Source: Takakia lepidozioides (lineage: Eukaryota; Plantae; Bryophyta). Taken from it: a stretch of DNA of 64,000 bases. Below, piece after piece: positions 25,096 through 39,700 of this stretch. Within the stretch, counting starts at the first letter, position 1; each line of letters opens with the position of its first letter. The notes beneath the pieces are model-generated. The model made no database searches and was not told the DNA's origin. It saw nothing but the letters and a program-made list of their open reading frames with translations. The translations under genes were made by a program, and so were the position numbers. The stretch is taken from positions 29,884,001-29,948,000 of the forward strand of contig CM060732.1 in NCBI GenBank assembly GCA_030704615.1, in the 5' to 3' direction.

Positions 25096-25828
25096 CAGTG
25101 TTGGGCGGTTCTTGCATTTGTGAAGGAACCTTCGGGTCCGGTTCCACAATTATTTCAAGAGACAGTTCCGGATCCGGTTCCGGTTATTTTTTATTGAGCC
25201 GGTTCCGGATCCAACTTTTAAACATGGGGGCGGCGGTTAGTTACTGATAAAAACCACAGTTCCGGTTAGGTTCCGGTTCTTTTAAAAATAAAAATATTAA
25301 TAAAAATATTAATTAGATTTAAAATATTTTTGGAGATTAAATAGCATTGTATTCACATATTTGAATTAAAATCCAACGATTTTATTAGTTTTCACTAACT
25401 GAACCGGCACCTGAACCGGCGGTTAACCTGGGTCCCGGCATACTGGTATCAGGTTTAGGACATACCAGTTGGGTATCTATAATGGTGGAAATGTTTTTTT
25501 ATATACTGGTAGGAATAGGAGTATTATGACCACAAATACCATGTGGTATATAGTATCAATAGGGTATCATTCCAAGTAAATAAACAAAACAATAATATAT
25601 ATTATATTATATTATCTATTAAATAAATATAAATACGTATAAAATACATAGCACATATATAATAATTTAATATAGTATTGATACCAATATAAATGAGGAA
25701 GATGGCTGGGTAGTACTGGTATCAGTACTGGTATTGAAAAATCAATAACAGTCGGGTAGGTTCTCCAATACCAGATTTATACCCAGTATTGATACCCAGG
25801 TGAAACCCTCTATACCAGTACAACACCG
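25096..25828. mobile_element. Non-autonomous hAT-type element (MITE-like), composite
   Basis: Perfect 8-bp TSD GTTGTAAC (25088-25095 and 25829-25836). Termini CAGTGTTG / CAACACCG (7/8 inverted match). Dense subterminal CCGGTT and ATACCA motifs; AT-rich core. Confidence 0.85.
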
Positions 25829-26447
25829 GTTGTAACCAATGTCTCTGGGTCCGTTCACCACTTCACTGATTACGGTGTGTGTGCCTCATGGTGTAACAGG
25901 GGTTTTAATTTTTTCCCCAAAATAATTCCAAATAAAGATTTTATCAGGGCCACTGTCGCCTGTTCATTAAGCATAAAAATAAAAAGTTACTTCACTTTTT
26001 ACATTGTGGCCAGTATTTTTTCACCTTCTTTGAAGACAGTTGGTCACTACATCTCTAGTCCTATCTGTACTGTAGCGTGGTGCCCGAAATGACAAGCACA
26101 ACATCTGACATGGCTTCACGCACTTTTTGCTTTCACTGAAATCTGCAGTAGTTAGAAGCAAGCGAGTCAACCACTGAACACTGAACCAGGTCCTCAGGCG
26201 GGTTAAGTTGCGCAGGCAAAATTTTAACAAGGTGAAAGAGGAGGAGTCGCTAGCCCTCAGCCACACAGGTGACTCTGGGTTCAAATCCACAACCAAGTTA
26301 CAGACATACCACCTCCCAAGTGGTGGGGGGTTCAATCCACCAATTGTTGGGCAGTGTACGTGTGTGGGCAGCGGGGGCGTGGAAGAGAGCGAGGGAAGGA
26401 CGGTCAAACGCTGCGGGGGCAGTGTGCCGTCAACGGAAAGAGAAAAA

Positions 26448-26471
26448 CACGTGCGACTAATGCAGCACGTG
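26448..26471. promoter_or_regulatory. Paired G-box/ABRE-like motifs upstream of the HSL-like kinase
   Basis: CACGTG at 26448-26453 and 26466-26471 (the second in CACGTGGC context), ~480 bp before the ATG. Function not demonstrated. Confidence 0.35.
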
Positions 26472-26941
26472 GCTGGGAAGGGCCTAGAGTACATCTCCGC
26501 ACACTCTCTGCTCTTCCACTCCACTCCGAAGTAAGTTAGTCAAGTTGTGTAGAGCGGGTGGATGCGTGTGGCTTGGGAGAGCTTGTGTTTGCACTCCATA
26601 GCCGGCTCAATCCGAGCGCACAAGAGTTGTGGCAGACTCTACGGATAGCAGTTAGATGTACGAAAGACACAAGGGCTCTTGGATAATCAGACCCAGCTGG
26701 TGGGTGCCGGGCAAGGCAGCACATCTCTAGCGCAGCCCCTTGTGAATCTGTCTTGTTATCTTCTTCGTTCTTCAGAGATGTCGAATGCTCCGATACGCAG
26801 GCCAGCTCAGTGTGAATACCTGCTGAATACCTGCTGGTTAATCGACACGAGACTGACCACAGAATTGAATGAAAAGATGTCAGATTGAAGTTGGCTGTGG
26901 ACGAGACGACACAGGGCAATAGAGAAAAAGACACAAAGACA

Positions 26942-29900
26942 ATGATGAAATGTAAATGCGAGTTTTCTTTATGGATTCTCAGAGCGCTGGGCACACTCGT
27001 GCTTGTTGGATTTTTCCTCCCGGGTGTTACACAAGCACTCTCCAAAGAAGGTCACGCTCTGTTGCACTTTAAGCAGAATATAAGTGATCCTAGCAACCAA
27101 CTCAGAGACTGGAATCAATCAAGCACTTGGCCTTGCAGTTGGATTGGGGTCACTTGCACATCCAATTCGGTCACAGGGCTCAACTTTTCGTACTTCAATC
27201 TGTGGGGTGCGGTGCCTGAAGGGATCTTTGGTAAGTCTGCATTCCACATCAATTCTCCTTCTTACGGTCAGTCTGCTTCGTGGTCTAGGAGTTGAAATTC
27301 GATCCCTTTTGGCACTCTTGGTCCGTTCACAATCTTTACAATTCAAGAGCTCCCCCTGCTAAATCAATTTGATGAAGTACTAGCTGAATGAGTTGATGAA
27401 TGGAGGGCTTTGAAGTTGGGTTTTGCAGGTCAGCTCACCAACCTTTCTAGTCTGGATATCGGCAATACAAATCTTGGGGGATCTTTTCCATCCGATCTCC
27501 TCAGCTGCACAAAGCTGGTGTTTCTGAACATGAGTTTTACTTACATGGAAGGTCCCCTGCCTCACGAGATTTCAAAGCTGAGGTCGCTGGAAATGCTGGA
27601 TTTTCAGAACACAAATTTTGCTGGCCCCATACCTGACAGTTTTGGGGATCTACCTTCGCTAAAATACCTCAGGCTCATGGGTGCCAATTTCACTGGCATG
27701 CTCCCAAGCAGCCTTGGTAACCTGACGAATTTGACTGAGATACACCTGGGCTATGCCAACTTCACGGTGGCACCAATTCCAGCCTGGATAGGAAAGTTGG
27801 TTCAACTGAAAGTGCTTCAGCTGGAGTCCTGCAATTTGAATGGATCTATACCAAGCTTCCTTCAAAACCTGACGGTGCTTGAAAACCTCTGGTTGAAAAA
27901 CAATATGCTTGATGGGATTATTCCGGAAGTCTTTGGAAACATGACAGTTTTGTCTACTATAGATCTATCAATGAACAACCTGACAGGCAACATTCCCTCA
28001 GGGCTTATGCTTCTTCCATATCTGAAAGTCATTGAACTTTATGAGAACTCTCTCACAGGGGAGATCCCAGACATGGGAAAACTCCAGAGTCTGACAGATT
28101 TTGATGTGTCACAGAACAATTTGAGTGGCACTATTCCACCTTCCATTGCCAAGCTGACAACCCTTCGCATCATCCACCTTCAGCAAAATTACTTACAAGG
28201 AGAGATACCTTCTGGTATAGCTGAGCTTGAGAACCTTTCTGAGTTTGTTGTGTTCTCCAATCAGCTATCGGGAACCGTTCCTAGCACATTCGGGGAGAAG
28301 TGCAGCCTTTTCAGGTTTGATGTCTCCACAAATTCTTTCACAGGGTCTGTCCCACCAAACCTTTGCAATGGCAATCGACTGATAGAATTCATACTCAAGG
28401 AGAACAGTTTCACAGGGGTTCTTCCAGAGGCTTATGGGGATTGCACGTCACTTGTTCGTGTTGAGCTTGAGGGCAACCAGATGACAGGGCCTATTCCAAA
28501 TGGTTTATGGGGTGCACCACACATGACACTTCTCACCATGCAGGACAACCAATTCAATGGAACCATCTCTCCTACCATTGGCCAGGCATTGCAACTTGGA
28601 ACTCTTTACATAGACAACAACCAATTCACTGGTCTGCTTCCAGGGGAGATCGGGCAGATTAATTCCTTAATTGAATTGTATGTCTCAGGGAATGAGCTCA
28701 GCGGTACAATTCCTCTCCAACTGGGCAAACTCTCTCAGGTGACAGATCTCCATCTCGATAGAAACTCATTCAGTGGTTCGATTCCACCAGAGATTGGCAG
28801 CTGCACACATCTGGTCGTTCTGAACCTCTCAATGAACCACCTGACAGGCTCTATTCCCAGTGAGCTAGGCAATCCCATAGGTCTCAGTAATGTGGATGTG
28901 TCTTATAACCAGCTCAGTGGGGAAGTGCCCCTCACCCTTGATGATCTGCCTCTTGAAACCTTGGATATTTCATACAACAATTTGTCAGGTGAGCTGCCAA
29001 GCCATCTCACATCCGTTGCAAACATCAAGGGGAACCCCAACCTGTGTGACTCAAATTCAAACTGCTCAACATCTCCAGGCCTGGAGGGCAGAAAGGGAGA
29101 CAGATCGAGGCTGATAGCAGGGGTGGTTGGGGGAACGTTTGCTGCGGCAGCTTTCATTTTTGTTATGGGTTCATGCTGCTTCTACAGACGATACAAGCAC
29201 TATACCAGGCGTGTCGACAAACTTCGGTGTGATTCATGGAGCTTGACATCATTCCAAAAGATGAACTTCAGAGATCACGAGGTCACAGATTTGGATGAGG
29301 ACAATGTCATTGGGAGTGGTGGGTCAGGGAAAGTGTACAAGGCTACACTGAGTAATGGGCAGTCAGTGGCTGTGAAGAAGCTCTGGGGTGAGAGGAAGGG
29401 CAATAGCTTACATGATTATGGGTTCAAAGCTGAGGTAAGCATGCTGCCTTGCTACATCGTCAACTTCCTCATTTTTAACCTTCTTGTACTCATGCTAGTG
29501 TTGTGCTTAAGATGATATAAACTAACAATGGGAGGGACAAAGCACTCAGAATTAGCATTAACAGGATTTATTGTTCTCGGTGAGGTCTAGAATTTGATGA
29601 GGTGCTTCGCTAATTGGACAGCCTGTCCATAGATCAACCAGTAGAGTACATTTGAAGTTATGTCGATCAGATCTTTGAAGTTTGCAATTTGTTTGTTCCG
29701 ATTTTGTCGCTCTGTTGTACAGGTGGAGACACTCGGGAACATTCGACACCGAAACATTGTGAAGCTGCTGTGCTGTTGTTCTAATGGGGAATGTAACCTT
29801 CTGGTTTACGAGTACATGCCCCATGGCAGCCTTGGAGATCTCTTGCACGGCAGCAGAGAGGGCAAACTAGATTGGGAGATGCGTTACAAAATAGCCTTGG

Positions 29901-30914
29901 GGGCAGCACAGGTGTTTCTCCATGTCTCTGCATATGAGTTCCATTTTTTCTCACTAAGTGACGGGCTTTGCAATCATGCCACATGTGATACACAGGAAAC
30001 CCTCTGGGAGTACATCTCTGTTATGTTCGATCCTTACAGTAACATTTAAGTGGTGAACAACCATGCTTATGCAGGGCCTGGAGTATTTGCACCACGACTG
30101 CATGCCCCAGATCTTGCATCGGGATGTGAAGTCCAATAACATTTTGTTGGACTCCAACTACGAGGCGCGCCTGGCTGACTTTGGCTTGGCAAAGGTTCTG
30201 GAAGTTACTAATGGGCATGCTCCATCCATGTCAACAGTTGCAGGATCGTATGGCTACATTGCTCCAGGTACTGTGGCTTGCATCTGAGATCACCATTTGT
30301 TTGCTTTTTGGAAATAGGGTGATATGCAAGTGACCGAAATAGGGATGGATCCTGTCGTCATGAAGCCCACTTTCACCGATTGCATCTGGAATCTTATGTA
30401 AACCCCCTGAGATTGGTTTATTGAGTTGGACCTGGCTTTAAAAGTTCATATAGAGAATGAGGGAGTGGGACACATAAAGGTGTCAGAACAGTAACTTCAA
30501 ACCTATTCTGAGTTTTGTTTTCCCATGTTTCCAGAGTATGCCTACACACTGAAAGTGGGGGAGAAGAGTGACATCTACAGCTTTGGTGTCATATTGCTGG
30601 AGCTTGTGACCGGAAAGCCTCCCATCAAGCGCACCTTGTATGGTGATGATGTTGACCTGGTCAAGTGGGTGTCCGACAGATTACAGACCAAAGAAGCCGT
30701 GTATGAAATTTTGGACCCCAGTATAGAAAAACAATATCAGGAGGATATGATACTGCTCTTGAGAATGGGACTTCTTTGCACCAGCATGCTACCAATGAAC
30801 AGGCCATCCATGCGTGAGGTTGTGCAGATGCTGTTGGAAGCTGACCCCAAGAACAGGGAGCAAACCTGCGGGAGTGAAGGGAGAGGAGACTTCGTGGAGG
30901 TCATTGAAAAGTAA
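26942..30914 (+). CDS. LRR receptor-like kinase subfamily XI, HAESA/HSL-like; exons 26942-27230, 27429-29434, 29723-29911, 30075-30267, 30535-30914
   Basis: Signal peptide, LRR N-cap (PCSWIGVTC), ~20 plant LRRs, GNPNLC cap, [56 protein letters not shown]. All introns GT-AG and in phase. Confidence 0.93.
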
Positions 30915-33402
30915 GACACCGGCTACATTGTTGCAGATTCCGGAACTTCTTTGGAGTCAAGTGAAGTGATTGCCAGATTGGTAGTCCAGAGAGATTAATA
31001 CTGTATTGATAGACCCTTAGCCTGTTTGGAGGTGACAAGAGAAAGGAAAGGAAATGAAGTGAAATGAAATGGTACTTTATAACGTCCGCCGAAAAGCTCA
31101 AAGAGCTTATGGGACAAACTGGTGAAAAACAAGAGAGTGGAGACAAAACCAGAGCCGAAAAGCAGCCCAAAAGCAAAGAAAGAATCTTTTGTACAACTTC
31201 CACCGAGGGCCACGACGACCTGTCTTTGTATAAGTTATAAACTCACGAGCTTTGCCTATTTCAATGGTCTTAACATGGATTATTGCCCAGCTTGCCTATG
31301 ATAGTTGACCACAAAGACGCAGCCAAGCAGGCCATCCAAAGGAATCCTACAACACAATCCGCCTTCGAAGCATACCAAACCCATCCGTGGTCCCATTGCC
31401 GATCATCAGCTCGTGCTCCCAGTGTGCCCACAACAAAGACCAAGGTGGTTGGCTTTGAACATGAAATGAAAATGGTGATGGTGGACAGAAACAGTTGATA
31501 ATCCGGTCATTCAAAAATCTGACAGTAACAGTTGTTACAATCTTGTTTGCTCACTAATTACTGCAGTGAAGCTTAATTACTTAGCACTAAAACTTGGCAG
31601 GTCCATATAGTTTGTTGTATTTCTACCTTTCCAGTTTGTTCTATCTCTTCAAATCTTCTCTCATATTTGTCCTTCTACCGCTTCAAATCTGATACCGTCA
31701 TTGCTCATTCCTTCCTTTCTCACTTTCATTGATTCCTGACTCCAAAGATCGTTTTTAGCTGATGCTTTGGGCAACAAGCTCCGAGAGACAGCCCACCGTG
31801 GCAGCAGGTATACCTCCACTTGTTTTCCAGGCAACATTCTGGTGTTGTACTGCTACGCACTGTGTTCTTCAGATCCGTGTTCATCTCCTTTCTTGCCAAA
31901 GACGTTGGTCTAGCGGCATGATCGCTACAGCCTCAGATTTACTCCCAAGTTTGAGTTGAATTCTTGGAACGTCTACGATCTTAGTTGCATTCTAGGGTCA
32001 CATTAACTGGGCCGCAGATTCACAAAATACATGAATCGTGCACAGTGCTTTGACATTATAGGATTCAAACATTTGTGAATGACTGTACCACAGCAGGATC
32101 ACCTGTAAGATTTCCTTCTGGGCGGATCCTAAATGAAAATGTCCATTTGGTAGAAAGTAGACATCATGTAAGTTTGTATCAATCCAGGTGGATGCAACAT
32201 CAAACCTTTGTCTGTAATATATACATTTCTTCCTCACACATTAACATCCAAATTCAACAAGTTCAAGCAGAAACTCGAGTATACTCTGGACTTGTTGATC
32301 ATGTGGGAAGTACTCAATGTCGGATGTACTTACCTCCAGTTCAGTATGTAGATATCCAAAGTCGCGTTCGAGGCAAGTGCTCAGGAAATTTTCCAACATC
32401 TTAGACCAGGCTTAGCTCTACCCTCATCTGGCCTTCTCTCTTCATCCGACTCTGCCCTTCGTAGCAAGCCTGGCCATCTTTGACGTTAAAAGAAGATTGA
32501 ATTGGGGGAGAGTGGAGCTGTGTCACATTGGGTGACCCAAAAGAGAGAGTGGAGGTATGCAGAGCTGGACACCAGCTAATTCCAAAGCTTTTCAATGTTG
32601 CCCAGGCATGCTGCCCGATGGCTAGCGCAAGAAGTGCACGGATCATACATGATGTGAGATTTCTCTGACTTGGAACTGAAATTCTCCGAATGTCAATAAT
32701 TGCATCAACTCGTGTTCGCACTTTTACACATACATGTACAGTCCACTCTCGGACTATAAATTCTATAAATATCAGGGCTCGAGGTTATATTAGATACATG
32801 TACACGTACAGTGCTTCGAAGTCAAGAATCTTGCATGTGGGTCGCCGTTAAACCTTCAAATGAGTTTGTGAATGTTATAAAACAGGTCTACTGATCGTGC
32901 GCACATCGTGAGTTATGCCTAATTGAAGTTTTGCTCAAGCCTGCATTGATCAGTCAGCAGTCGATATGAAGGTGACGGAGGGTGCATATTTATGCTCATG
33001 TCCTGGTGGAATGCTCGTTGAATGCTCCTTGATTTCTCGTGAACATTGCAGAAACTAATCACGTGCTATTCAACCGGGCCAAGTGCTGGTAGTGCTAAAA
33101 GGCTGAGCTAGCCCAATATCGACCGTTCTAGAGCTCATCATTTGAATCGTAAGTGAGTCTGAACATATTCTCTCTTTGTTAGCGATGGATCTCTTCACTA
33201 GTGCTGGCCAGTATCACATCAGTGGGTTACACAGCAGTGGCATCAATTAACTGTCTTTGTAGCATGCACAGGCAACTCTTCAGTTATGTCGGAATGTGTA
33301 GATCAGAATGGCTTAACCCTAACATGTAGACCTGTCTGGCACTGTGGCAGCGAGAGTGGCGTAAGAGTGAGGTGCCCAAAGTTTTGAATCTTCAGGATCA
33401 GG

Positions 33403-35099
33403 ATGGCACCCGAAAGGGCAAGCTTGTCGGGGAGCCTACAAAGCCTGGCGGGATCGTCCTACCTGGGGTCCAAGCTAGCACCAATGTCCAGACATGCATG
33501 CAGCTTGGTAGGAAAGCCTGCAGCTCAAGGAAAGCCCAGTGTAGCTCCAACGTGCACGCAAGTGCTATCGGTAGGCCGGTCAGCAGCCCTCCAAGGGCCC
33601 AACTTATTATATAGTACAAAGGGTCTGGCCACAGGTCCCAACGTGTTTGTCCCCAGTGGAGTCGAGAAAGGACCGTATGGATTTATCATTGACTTTATGA
33701 TGGGAGGAGTGTCTGCAGCGGTGTCCAAGACCTCTGCAGCACCCATTGAGCGTGTAAAACTCTTGATTCAGAATCAAGATGAGATGATTAAACAAGGAAG
33801 GTTATCTGAGCCATACAAGGGTGTTGCCGACTGTTTTAAGCGAACCGTTGCTGATGAGGGTGTTGGGGCTCTTTGGCGTGGTAACCTGGCAAATGTCATC
33901 CGCTACTTCCCCACGCAGGTTCTATTCTCACCTCTACTAAGCTTGGATTCAGGATATGCCTGCAGGTTCCTGGCAACGGCATGTACGATTTATGTTAGCC
34001 ACCAACAATTGAGCTGAAGTGTTCGAAAGAGGACCTCATATTTTTGAGTCTCTGCGCACAAGAACTGTCTTGAAAGTACTACGTACAGTAAACTATGCTT
34101 GTATGTGGTGGTCCTTTCTGAGCATCAACTTGAAATGTGCACACACGACTTGCAGGCCCTGAACTTTGCGTTCAAAGATTACTTCAACAAATTATTTGGG
34201 ATGAAGAAGGACAAGCATGGATATTGGTGGTGGTTTGCTGGGAATCTGGCTTCTGGAGGAGCGGCAGGTGCGTCATCTCTTCTGTTTGTATACTCGCTAG
34301 ATTATGCGCGTACACGGTTGGCGAACGATGCCAAATCTACCAAGAAAGGTGGAGGGGAGCGACAATTTAATGGACTCTTTGATGTGTACAAGAAGACACT
34401 GGCATCAGACGGCATCGGAGGTCTCTACCGAGGCTTCGTCATCTCATGCGTCGGAATTGTAGTCTATCGTGGCCTCTACTTTGGGATGTACGATTCCTTG
34501 AAGCCTGTTCTCTTGGTTGGCAACCTCGAGGTAATTCCTGCGTTCTGCACTTTCAAGTGATGAGTACTTTTCCAAGCTGGTTAAACTTGCTGTGCTCATT
34601 TAGACGTGTACATTACCCTGATCTCTCTCACTGCCCCTGTCTCTAAATCACTTCACCTTCACGATCAATCTGCAATATGTTCCATGATGAAAGACAACAC
34701 TTTCAATGGAGTCTGCATGAGAGCACAGTATGCAAATGTATGCACACGTATTTGAGTATCTTGAGCCAACAAAAGAAACATTGCATGCATTCCTGCCTGC
34801 AGGGAAATTTTTTCGCCAGCTTCATGCTGGGATGGGGGATCACAATAGTGGCAGGGCTTGCGTCCTACCCGCTTGATACTGTGCGGCGACGCATGATGAT
34901 GACGTCAGGGCAGGCAGTGAAATACAAGAGCAGCATGGATGCGTTTGGCCAGATTGTTGCCAAGGAAGGTTACAAGTCCCTCTTCAAGGGTGCAGGCGCC
35001 AACGTCTTGCGAGCGGTTGCCGGAGCTGGTGTGCTTTCAGGATATGATCAACTGCAGATCCTTGTCTTCGGCAAAGCGTACAGTGGAGGTGGTGGCTAG
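33403..35099 (+). CDS. AAC: Mitochondrial ADP/ATP carrier; exons 33403-33918, 34156-34530, 34803-35099
   Basis: [61 protein letters not shown] and the ANT signature RRRMMM; plant-type N-terminal extension; phase-0 GT-AG introns. Confidence 0.97.
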
Positions 35100-36751
35100 C
35101 TGCAATCAGGACTCCAGCAGTTGCTCAGCATTTCTTGAATCTTCTCCTCCATTTTGACATGCTTGAAAACAAGCTATACATGTACAAACGAGTTCTCGTC
35201 CAAACACAAGATGGCCGATCTAGAATTCTTAGCCTGGGGCGTTGGTTTCCAAATTAGTGAATTGAACTGCGAATGAACAAAGAGAGTGTGTACCGGCCAT
35301 GAGCAATATTGTTGGAATTCATAGGAATTCAGACAGATTCTTGTATACATGAAATTGAACCTTGCCGAGTACTGGTCATGAATTTGCACTGAGTTATGGA
35401 TGTGAACATTGTTGTTGATATCTAGCCTGGTTTGGGGACTGACATTGAGAGTCGATAATGCATTTAGCACGCAGTCTAACGGACTCAAGGTGAGGCAGGT
35501 TCTCAAAGTTACAAAGTTTGGATGGCTGATCATGCCTTAGATAACGTGGGTAGTGCGTACTCACAGTTGCAATCAGCTCAATAGTTCAAGTAAATGAAAG
35601 AGGCGGCCACAAAGGTCAATGGATCGGTGGGGTCCGCCCGGGCTCGGTCCTCCATCACCATAACCACCAACGTTTCACTGGCACTTATGAGCTGGGTGCT
35701 TGCAAACGCAACAAGGCACTGATCCTCGGTAGCAGATTTAAATACTTGTCTGTAACGTCTGCTTCATGGAGAAATAACCTCACTGGACGATTGTACTCCT
35801 CAGGGGAAGATAATGTTCAAGATCCACAAGAAAAACCGTTATGAATTGCAACTGATTCAGTGGAAAGGATTCTGGATCTGTAGCAGGAAAATCACCAGGC
35901 TCATGTTCAAATTGGCCGGTCCAATGGCCTCCAGGCGCTTCGAGTGCATGACGGCGACAACGTTGGCCGTGTAAGACTGCCACAGTAGAATTGACGATAT
36001 GTTCTGATCATCTCTCATAACCAAGTGGGCATCCAGTATTACGAGGCAGGTCCATCGTTGTGGGTGGGGTGTGGGGCCATGAGCGAGCTCCGTCAACCCC
36101 AGCGATGGCGGCGCACCGTCTCTAGCGCGCACAGACCTGAGGGGCAAGTATTTGAATTGACGAAGATGCAGTGTTCGAATCCCAGTGTCATCCTAAGGTA
36201 CACTTTTGAGGTGGGCGATGGAGGTCTGCCTCCGTTGCATTCTCGAAGCGTCTCTCCGCAGCTCGCACGCCGCCATGGCAAGCAGCAAAGCCAAGACGAG
36301 GCCGTTCGTTTGCCGTTTGCACCAGTTGCACACGGAGCTGCGACGAGCAAAGCGGACACCAAGGGGGGGTTCGTTGGCCCCAAAGGAAGGCCGGTACTTC
36401 GCTCTGTGCCTCTCCTCCTCTCTCTCTCTCTCTCTCTCTCCCTCCGTCCGGACGTTATAAAGCACCATTCCATTCCCGCCTTCTGGCTCCTTTTGCCTCC
36501 TGTGACGTCTGATTCTCCGATTTCCTTCACCCTCCAGGTGTCCTTGTTTTGCACATCCTCGTGTGCTATGACATTCTGTTTCTCTCTCTCTCTGTGCACG
36601 GGTCTTCCGAGTTTGTAAGCTTATGACTGCCTGCAGAATTTCTGTTTATGGGCAGGAATTTTCTTCCGCGTCCAATTCTTCGATGTATCTGAATCTGCAG
36701 AGCTGAAGGCAAAGCGAGTCAAATCATAAGAAGGGATGCAAGCAACAGGGG

Positions 36752-39700
36752 ATGTGGTCCGAGTGGCTAGTGCGATACTGCGAGACGGCTCCTTGGAGGC
36801 CTGCCAGCGACCACATCTTCCCTGCGTCCCCTCTCTCTCGCCACCCGCTGCTTCCTGACATGAATGGGACCCCTGGAAATCTCACCCCCGACAGCAACAT
36901 TGATGAACTTGTATCGCTTCCATCGTGCGTGGTTCGGAGCCCTGTTTTTGAAAATGCCCCTCGCAAATATCGGAGCTGCTTCAAGGTTTTGTCGCCCCCT
37001 CTTCTCTGTGACGAAGACCTCTCCCCTCGGTGGCACACTGCCGAGCAACGGAAGATTGCTCAGATCCACCACATTGCCAAAAAATATCTTCAAAACTTGC
37101 AAGATTTCAAGGTGATTCAGTCAACTTCTGCATGGAATACTACTGCTCAACCTCTAGGGAGAATGGGACAATTTTGTTGCATCCGAAGTCTCATCCTCCT
37201 CTTTCTTTACCCTTTTTCCTTCTCTCTTGCCTTCTCACCCGGCGAAGGTATGGAAAACGGAGGTTTACATCTGTCCAGTTATAAGGTAAGGGGACTGACA
37301 GTGTTTGGAGGGTGAAAAAATCCACCGGACAAGTCAAATCCGCTACTTTTTATACAAAAGCGCAAGTTTGATTCTTTCATTAGTTTAAGGGATAACAATC
37401 TTTCCAGTAAGTGAAAGGCTTCCAAATAGGGAAGTCTGCTGGGTAGCCCATTTGTTATCTAAGCGCATGGCATGATTATGGTTTTGGTTTATAGCACTAC
37501 AACAATGTCGGAGATGGGGAAACGCCTACAACGTCGGGAGAGGAGGGGTCGTGGGCCTGGCCGACAACAAAAGCAAGCTATGCAGACATGAGAGCTGGCT
37601 TCTGGAAGCAGTTGACTGAGCATAGGGGAACCCAGGAGGATGCTGAATGTGTGCCAGCTGAGAGTTGGGGAGGGACCCTGAGCAATTGTTGCCAAAGTAT
37701 AAAGCACTCCAATGGTAGTCTGCATGCGAGTACTGGTGGTGAAGGTGAGGTTTATTCCTCAGAAACCTTGGGCAGCATTCGGAAAAGACCAGTTTATGAA
37801 GGAAAATCAAATGTGCATGAGAGGCTGAGCACCAATAGAGAAAGAGTAACTACGAGGAGAAATACTGTTGAGATGGAGGTGGTTGTCTCTGGAAAACGGA
37901 AAAGTCGCACAGATGACCCCAACATTACAAGACATAGTGGAAGAGGTTTACAGCCCATTCACTGGATTGGTGATGCAGGCGTCTCACTTGCAAGCCAGGA
38001 TGTAAGTTCCTTGGAATCTCGTGAACTAAATGGCTATGAGGATGTCTCTTCTGTATTCAGAGAGAATGGGGAAGGCTGCCAGAAAGGAGTGTCTCAAGAG
38101 GGAAACGAAAACACAGCAGAGGGAGGCACAAAAGCTGAGGAAAATAGCCTCAGTGGGAGAGAAGGGAGTGTGTTCCGTGTAGGAAGTGGAGGGATTGGGC
38201 GTGGACGAATTGCAAAGGATGGGAGTCCTATAAGCCTTGAAAATCACTGTGAGGTATGCACTCTAAAAATATTTGGTCAATGAATTTTTTTCTCTACCAA
38301 ATCTGCTGCCTGTTGTCCCCCATGTAGTGAAATAAGAGTACTTTGTCTCTCTCTCTACATTAAGTTAACCCAGCTGAAGGAGTGAAGCTTTCCGCATGAT
38401 TGTAGGCCATAAGGGCAGTGGACATTTTCTGATACATTCCGATAGGTCTCGTTCTGAACAAGAATCCTGCTTTACAAGCATGAACTAAATTGTCACTTTA
38501 CTCAGTTTGAAAAGTTGTGGTGAACACTCGTTCCAATTGACAGTATGTTAAAGAGTTTTTAGGGGATAAGCCCCAATAGTGAAGCAAGCAAAGTGTGCGT
38601 GATGCTGCTCTCCTCTGGTCCACCTGCCTTCTGTTTTCTGCTATGTCCGAGCTAGTGCGGGGCCTGTGGTCACAGGTCTGTGGGCAGTGAGAAGAGTTCT
38701 AATGAGTAGATTGTCTTTCCCCAAATTCTGTTTCTGAAGATTGCTCACTTAGTTCTTTGTGTTCAGCCTTGGGACAGAAGACCAGGTGCTGAGGGGGTTG
38801 AGTGCAAGCGGAAGGATGACTATGGAGACAGAATCATGCGCAACTGCATGAACTGGTGTGTGGTGGACAGCTATATCACAGGAAATGGCAAGGAGACAAC
38901 ATGGACGGTCCAAGGCTTTGGGGAAGAGGGGCATATCTTTGATGGAAAATCAGCAGAGTCAAGTTTTCTCGACTGTAAAGAGGGTCACATGGAGATGCTC
39001 TCAGATATTGGGCAGGGCTGCACAGGGGCGGTGATAGCAGGAACGCGTCTAGAGGACCCTGATATCAAAAGCCGACATGGGATCCCCCCAAGATGGACAC
39101 AGCAAGCCTTGCAAGAGAGAGTGAAAGACAATCTGAAAGAGACAAATGGAGAGATGAATGGACAGAGAAGAAAAGATGGGCATATAGGGCAGTATCTAGC
39201 TGACGGATCCGATGATGGGAGCACTGTGGAGCATGAGAATGTGGAGAGGGATGTTGAAAGCTGTTCATCCTTCATTGGTCAAGATGCAGGCCATCGGCAG
39301 GTGTTGCTTGATGAACTAGCTTCCATGAGGAGAATTCTCCATTGCGGGTAATACTATGTACTGTAAGATCTTGCGGAGAGGAAGAGAGGGAGTCTAAGTG
39401 TTGTTATGAGATCATGCAGGGACAGTTGGACAAAGAGCATGGGTCTGGGATGGGCTGCTTGGGATCCAAAATGCTAAACACAGGGCGGTTCAGTAATCAA
39501 TCCAACTGAGGGAACGCTGCTAGCTGACCTTAGAATTCTCAATTAAAAAATCGCATTGACATCTTAATATGCTCATGATCTACATGCAGGAAGTCACTGA
39601 AAGTAGCCATTTTACTGGGCACACGGGAAAATGTACTAGGAGATGAAACAGACGGAGCAGTCCATATTGATGAGAGAGTAGATCCGGTGACTAAGAGGGA

